A stretch of 64,000 nt of DNA from Podarcis liolepis. Lineage: Eukaryota. The notes below the pieces were generated by a model. The model made no database searches. It was given only the letters and a program-made list of their open reading frames with translations, and had not been told where the DNA came from. Shown here piece after piece: positions 59,101 through 64,000 of the stretch (position 1 is the first letter of the stretch; every line of letters begins with the position of its first letter). The DNA lies in the NCBI GenBank assembly GCA_965112155.1, contig OZ218103.1. One strand, written 5' to 3'. A program made the position numbers and the translations under genes.

Positions 59101-62100
59101 TAGGCCCATGGGCTAAATGTGTCCCCCATGCCTCTCCATCTGGTCCTTGGGATTCTCCATAGGCCGTTCCCTCCCCCTACCAGACACATTATCTGTCCTC
59201 AGGCTACAACCTCTGCCAGTTTTGCCTAACACCTTCCATGAGCGTTTTGGTTTTTGCATGATTTGAACTCTGAGAATCCCCTTTCCTTGCCTGCTGTATT
59301 ATTTGTATCATTTATTATTCCTATGACAGACCCTCCAAGTGTCCCTATTTTCCAGGGACAGTCCCAGATTTACAGAAGCCATCCTGGTTTCTGATTTGAT
59401 CCTACAATGTCCCACTTTTCCTACAATGCCCCTATTTTCATTGGAGAAATGTCAGAGGGTTTGGAATAGGGCATCCCTATTTTCCTCAGAGAAATGTCAG
59501 AGGGTATGGAATAGGGTATCTCCATTTTCATTGGAGAAATGTTGAAGGGGAAGTCTCTATTTTCATCAGAGAAATGTTGGAAGGTATGGAATAGGGCTAA
59601 AGTGCCCTTTTGTGGTTTTCAGCACACCTGGGTTTCCCCCCCTTTTGTTTTGTAATTTCTGTCTTTTTTTTATCAGTGCCAGAAGTTTTAACAAATATTT
59701 CCACAGGTGACAGTGGAGGATTTTGAAGTGGTCTGCAGAGGCCTGTATCGTGCCCTGTGTATCCGGGAGAAGTACATGCACAAATCTTTCCAGCGTTTTC
59801 CCAAGACTCCCTCCCAGTTCTTGCGCACTATTGAAAATGAGGTGTGGAAGCCAAATGACGACCTGCTTCCAGGTAAGTACCCAGGCAGGCTGTGCAGGCT
59901 GTACTGGGTGACTGGGCTTGTGGGTGTGTCCCAGAGCAAGACAGCAGGTGTCGGGGTGGTGGGGTGGTGGGATGGAGGGCACTGTGGAGAATTGCATTAG
60001 CTGCTTTAATCTTTTTTTAAAAAAACACCACCACCACACTCCTGTCTGTGCAGAGCTGGTGTGCTGAGCATGCAGAACGCTTACGAACATAGGAAGCTGC
60101 CTTAGACTGTTGGTCCATCTGGTTCAGTATTGTTTACACTGACTGGCAGCAGCAATCCAGGGTTTCAGACAGGAGTCTCCTCCAGCCCTGCCTGGAGATG
60201 GCCAGGGGTTGAACCTGGGATCCACTGCCTTCCATTCGGATGCTCCACCACTGAGCTATGGGCCTTCCTTACTTAGAAGTAAGAGCACAGTGAGAGCAGC
60301 TTTCTGCCGGGGCCAGTGAGAGCCAGGCCTTTGCAAAGACTTGAGGAGAGGAGCTTCCCAGATGGAGTTGTAGAGGTTTGGCACCTCCCCTCCACCTTGG
60401 CTCTCATTCTTATCTGAGCAAGTATCTTTTTGAATTTACTATGAATACTGTCAGGTAGTCAGAGAATCTGAATGACATGTAGCCTTGGCCTTAGGGCTAT
60501 ATTTCTTGTGCTGGACCTCTTTCCAGTGTGCAATATCATGCCATATTTTGGCTAAGCTTTGGTGACTCACCCAGTCTACCATTTTCAACCTCACCCCCCT
60601 GTTTTCCCATGTTACAAAGAACAGCCTGGCCTAAGTGGAGTTCTCATGCTTCTGTCACACATGCTTGTTCATAACAGGTAGGAATATAGGAAATTCCCTT
60701 TTGCCACATCATCTAGCCTGCTGTTGTCTACTGTGACTGGCAGAGGCTTTCCAAAAGACATCTTAGCTAGGGTTCCTTCATACCTTCCTCCATCTGATCC
60801 TTTTTTTAACTGGAGAGGGCTAGAATTGAGCAAGAAACCTACTGCATGAAAAACATGTGCAAAGGGGTATTCTTCTTAGTCTGTACCTGAATCAGACTTT
60901 AATTCTCTGGTCTAGACTTCCATTATATCAGATCTATCTACATACAAGAGGAAAAGGGGCCTGTGAATCAAACGAGGATATGATGTAAAGCAGGGATAGC
61001 CGACAGGTACCCTTGGGAAGCTGTTGGACTTCAACTCCCATCAGCCCTAGCTAGCATGGCCAGTGGTCAGGGGTGGTGGGAGCTGTAGTCCAGCAATAAA
61101 TGAAAGGTGCTGTGTTGGCTAGCCCTGGTGTGAGGTATGAAAAGCCTAGGCACCCGTTATCTTAGGGCTAGAGCACTGACCGTGCTGCTTCTCCTTCTGC
61201 CTTTGAGGCGGAGGCAGGACTTTCACATTTCTGGGAATGCTTTTCACTACACACTCAAAACAAAAGATATGTGCAATTACTAAAACACACCTAAGCTTGT
61301 TATTAGTCACGCAGAATAAATTGGATTTTAGGATTGTGCTACAAGAGGCGCCATCTTGTTAAAGGATACTCATGCAGTCGGGAGCCAAAATTAGCTAAAA
61401 CAAAGACAGAAATTGTAGCAAAAGCATCTGCATGCAGGGGATGGGTAGTGGTGGCGTTCTCTCATGGGGATTTCAGCCAGTCTCAGTCCTGGCAGTCATG
61501 TGGTTTCCTTAGCGGTGTAGAATTTAATTCTTGTAGGTTGACAGCTGTAAGAGAAGCATGCTAAAAAACCCCAAGCCTTTTCCTTTGTCCTTCCCTTGTT
61601 CAACGTTAGTGCACTTTCCTCTTGATTTTAGTGTTCTCTCCCCCTGTGAAGAAAGACGAAGATCCCTTCCAGTCTGGCAACTTGCCTGAGAATCTGGGCT
61701 ACCATGTGGAAATGAAAGAAGGTGTGGTATACATCTATGCTGACAAAGCTGCTGCTGCCAGGGGTGAGCCCAAGGACCTGCCCTACCCTAACCTGGATGT
61801 CTTCATTGATGACATGAACTTCCTGCTGGCCCTTATAGCTCAGGGACCTGTGTAAGTGTCTTGGAGGTATGGCCCCTTTGCGCATAAGCAGGGCCAGCCC
61901 AAGAGATTATTGAAGCCTCAGGCAGAAAATCCAAAGGGCGCCCAGCCTGCAATGAAAAATGTAACAGTGAGCTAACAACCAATGTGCTTCCTTTTATTGA
62001 TGCCCAGGGTTTGCTGCCTAAGGTGGCTGCTGCTGACCTGGGTTTGCCCTGAATAGGAAAAGGGCAAAAGTCTAGCCACCCCAAGGCAGCACACATATAT

Positions 62101-62651
62101 CCCTGTTGCAATGACTTCTGCTGTCTCGGGTCACTTGCTCTGGAATGTGACCTTTATCAAGCTGTCGTGTGACAGCAGCAGGGTTACTGCCGGCTGGCAA
62201 ATGTTGGTTGCGTTGGCAAGCTGGTGAACCTGGGCTCGGTCTCTTATTCTGCGAGTGGCTTATTTGAGACGATGCTCTTTCCTTTGACTGTTGCAGCAAA
62301 ACCTACACACACCGACGCCTTCGGTTCCTCTCCTCCAAGTTCAGTGTGCATGAGATGCTGAATGAGATGGAAGAGCTGAAGGAGCTGAAGAACAATCCCC
62401 ATCGGGACTTCTATAATTGCCGTAAGGTGAGGGATCTGTCCAAGGTGTTGCCTCCTCAAGCAGGAGTGGCTGATCTTTGTCACCCTCTGGGGCTGCAGAT
62501 CAAAGTGGGTGTGGCCAAAGTGTAGGTGTGGGTGTGGCCAATATTTTTTAAAGGGCAAATTTTGCTGGATCATAAAAATTACAGCAAAGGATATTTATTT
62601 TATTATGTGAACTGCCCTGAGACCTCCGGGTATAGGGCAGTATATAAATTC

Positions 62652-62690
<39 letters not shown>

Positions 62691-64000
62691 GCAAAAATGG
62701 TCTGTATCTTTTTTAATTTAATTTTTTAAAAAATGTTTATTCATAATGGATGGATTTGGGAGTTTGGGGGATCAACAAAACCTTTCGGACCCAGTGCTAC
62801 CAGAGGAGAAGTAGTCAGTAAACATATTTTTAAATATTATTATTTTAATTTACAAGATTTGGAGGGGCCTTGGATGGCCACAAAAAACCGCCACACATGT
62901 GGCACCGTAATATTACCATAATATCACATTCTGGCCTCCCCCTGCAAAACTAGTGGGAGTGCTTTAAGAGCTACAAAAAAGTCTGGTGTCACAGTGGAAG
63001 GCCAATAGGGGCAGTAAATAAAATAAAATAAAATACAGCATTTAACTATTATTTTTTAAAGGCAAATGGAAGAAGGTTGTGGGGGATGAATGAGACCTGC
63101 AAGTTGTGGGTTAGGTACCCTGGCCTTAAGGTACAATGATGTACCTCATCAGTGCCTACCCCAATATTATTGCTGGGGTGGGTTCTGTGGGAAGGAGGCA
63201 TCTGCCTCCTAGGCTGACCTTCCTCTTCTCTTAACAGATCGACACACACATCCATGCTGCCGCTTGCATGAACCAGAAGCACTTGCTGCGATTCATTAAG
63301 AAGTCTTACCGGGAAAATTCTGAAAGGGTTGTGTACAAATCCAAGGACAAGACCTTGACGCTCAAGCAGCTTTTTGAGCAGCTCAACCTTCACCCTTATG
63401 ACCTGACTGTGGACTCCCTTGATGTCCACGCAGTGAGTCCTGCTTTTCCTTTCCAATACAGGAGATCTCCCACCCTTCCGCATGGTCTCTGTCATATGAC
63501 TGGCTGTGGCTAATTACTCCCCTCCCCCAGCTGTTGCTGCCCCGCCATCTCTACCTCCTACAAGTATTCTTTGCTCAGTGCATCTAGCCAATGACTTCTC
63601 CTCCTCCTCCATGTCACAGGGCCGGCAGACCTTCCAGCGCTTTGACAAGTTCAACGCCAAGTATAACCCGGTGGGTGCCAGTGAGCTGCGTGATCTCTAC
63701 CTCAAGTCTGAAAATGCCATCAATGGCGAATACTTTGCCACCATCATCAAGGTTAGAGACTATGGTATGCAAGGGTTTGTGTCTGTGCGGCTGGTAGACT
63801 GAGGATAAGGCCAGTTCCTGGAAGCAGATCAGGTAATCCCTTTCCCTTTTTATTTCGCAGGAGGTTGGCTCTGACCTGGAGGATGCCAAGTACCAGTACG
63901 CAGAGCCACGGCTCTCCATCTATGGCCGTTCACCAGAAGAGTGGCCAAAATTAGCCAGCTGGTTCAACGCACACCGTGTTTATTCACCTAATATGAAGTG
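50109..64000 (+). CDS. AMPD1: AMP deaminase 1 (muscle), 3'-truncated by window end
   Basis: Phases are consistent across exons. Motifs [42 protein letters not shown] (metal-binding His). Lies directly after NRAS, as in mammals. Confidence 0.96.
52187..52204 (+). CDS. AMPD1: Candidate 18-nt AMPD1 microexon (ELFNYY)
   Basis: cttaac branch point, polypyrimidine tract, ttgtag|AGCTGTTCAACTACTATG|gtatgt; phase 1-1, open frame. Confidence 0.55.
52349..52360 (+). CDS. AMPD1: AMPD1 12-nt mini-exon 2 (AEEK)
   Basis: caaacag|CAGAGGAGAAAC|gtgagt; gives AEEKQ as in human AMPD1 exon 2. Confidence 0.85.
52719..53063 (+). mobile_element. Sauria SINE, full length
   Basis: Very similar to the 40890 copy; imperfect TSD caactaa. 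Confidence 0.9.
54184..54425. mobile_element. Tigger-like MITE
   Basis: TA|CAGTCGTACCTTGGTT...AACCAAGCTATGACTG|TA. Confidence 0.85.
55455..55487 (+). CDS. AMPD1: Candidate 33-nt AMPD1 cassette exon ([11 protein letters not shown])
   Basis: cattcttccctag|...GTGCAG|gtaagt; phase 1-1, open frame. Confidence 0.4.
55681..55858 (+). CDS. AMPD1: AMPD1 exon 3
   Basis: gacag|TDDAMRSF...TGK AA|gtgaga. Confidence 0.93.
56123..56486 (+). mobile_element. Sauria SINE, full length
   Basis: Same subtype as the 21673 copy; TSD tacagagtggct. Confidence 0.92.
57507..57672 (+). CDS. AMPD1: AMPD1 exon 4
   Basis: tctag|KKRLL...ITGDYAAG|gtcagt. Confidence 0.93.
58731..58767. repeat. (CTTC)n microsatellite
   Basis: Read directly. 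Confidence 0.95.
59327..59596. repeat. MITE-like element ending in a ~45-bp tandem array (4 units)
   Basis: Units start at 59431, 59476, 59521 and 59556; CAGACCCTCC vs GAGGGTATG inverted ends. Confidence 0.75.
59707..59872 (+). CDS. AMPD1: AMPD1 exon 5
   Basis: cacag|VTVEDF...LLP G|gtaagt. Confidence 0.95.
60085..60264 (-). mobile_element. tRNA-derived SINE (Squam2-like)
   Basis: Reverse complement of the 2231 element. Confidence 0.75.
60991..61127. mobile_element. Palindromic hAT MITE (same family as 19884)
   Basis: CAGGGATAGCC...GGCTAGCCCTG with a ggact.caactcccatca core. Confidence 0.7.
61632..61851 (+). CDS. AMPD1: AMPD1 exon 6
   Basis: tttag|FSPPVK...AQGP GT|gtaagt. Confidence 0.95.
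62297..62426 (+). CDS. AMPD1: AMPD1 exon 7
   Basis: tgcag|KTYTHRRL...NCRK|gtgagg. Confidence 0.95.
62655..62690. repeat. (AAT)n microsatellite
   Basis: Read directly. Confidence 0.95.
63238..63432 (+). CDS. AMPD1: AMPD1 exon 8
   Basis: aacag|IDTHIH...DVHA|gtgagt. Confidence 0.95.
63620..63751 (+). CDS. AMPD1: AMPD1 exon 9
   Basis: cacag|[12 protein letters not shown]...TIIK|gttaga. Confidence 0.95.
63861..64000 (+). CDS. AMPD1: AMPD1 exon 10 (partial)
   Basis: cgcag|[23 protein letters not shown]... Confidence 0.95.

Noticed and set aside
59431-59596. Repeat array superficially like CRISPR
   Set aside because: No unique spacers, eukaryotic intron, no cas genes.

Overview
Vertebrate genomic DNA, most likely from a squamate (probably a lacertid lizard), judged from the Sauria/Squam SINEs and lizard-type hAT/Tigger MITEs. 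Three multi-exon genes lie head-to-tail on the + strand in the same order as in mammals. CSDE1/UNR is complete: CpG-island promoter ~3.7-4.9 kb, two non-coding exons, an optional coding exon, 18 core coding exons giving 796 aa, and three AATAAA signals. NRAS is complete (189 aa, CpG-island promoter ~36.2 kb). AMPD1 is 3'-truncated by the window end. I built exon boundaries by hand from splice signals and checked reading phase. I see no prokaryote-style novel system. The best leads are: (1) a cluster of in-frame phase-1 microexons plus a possible alternative first exon in the AMPD1 N-terminus, of which I recognise only the 12-nt one; (2) a 63-bp-arm near-perfect palindrome in a CSDE1 intron; (3) an overlapping uORF that stops across the CSDE1 main start (AUGA); (4) a GC-AG intron and a candidate poison exon in CSDE1; (5) a CSDE1-NRAS gap of ~3.8 kb, far longer than in mammals. 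Gene and repeat names come from recalled sequence knowledge, not database searches.
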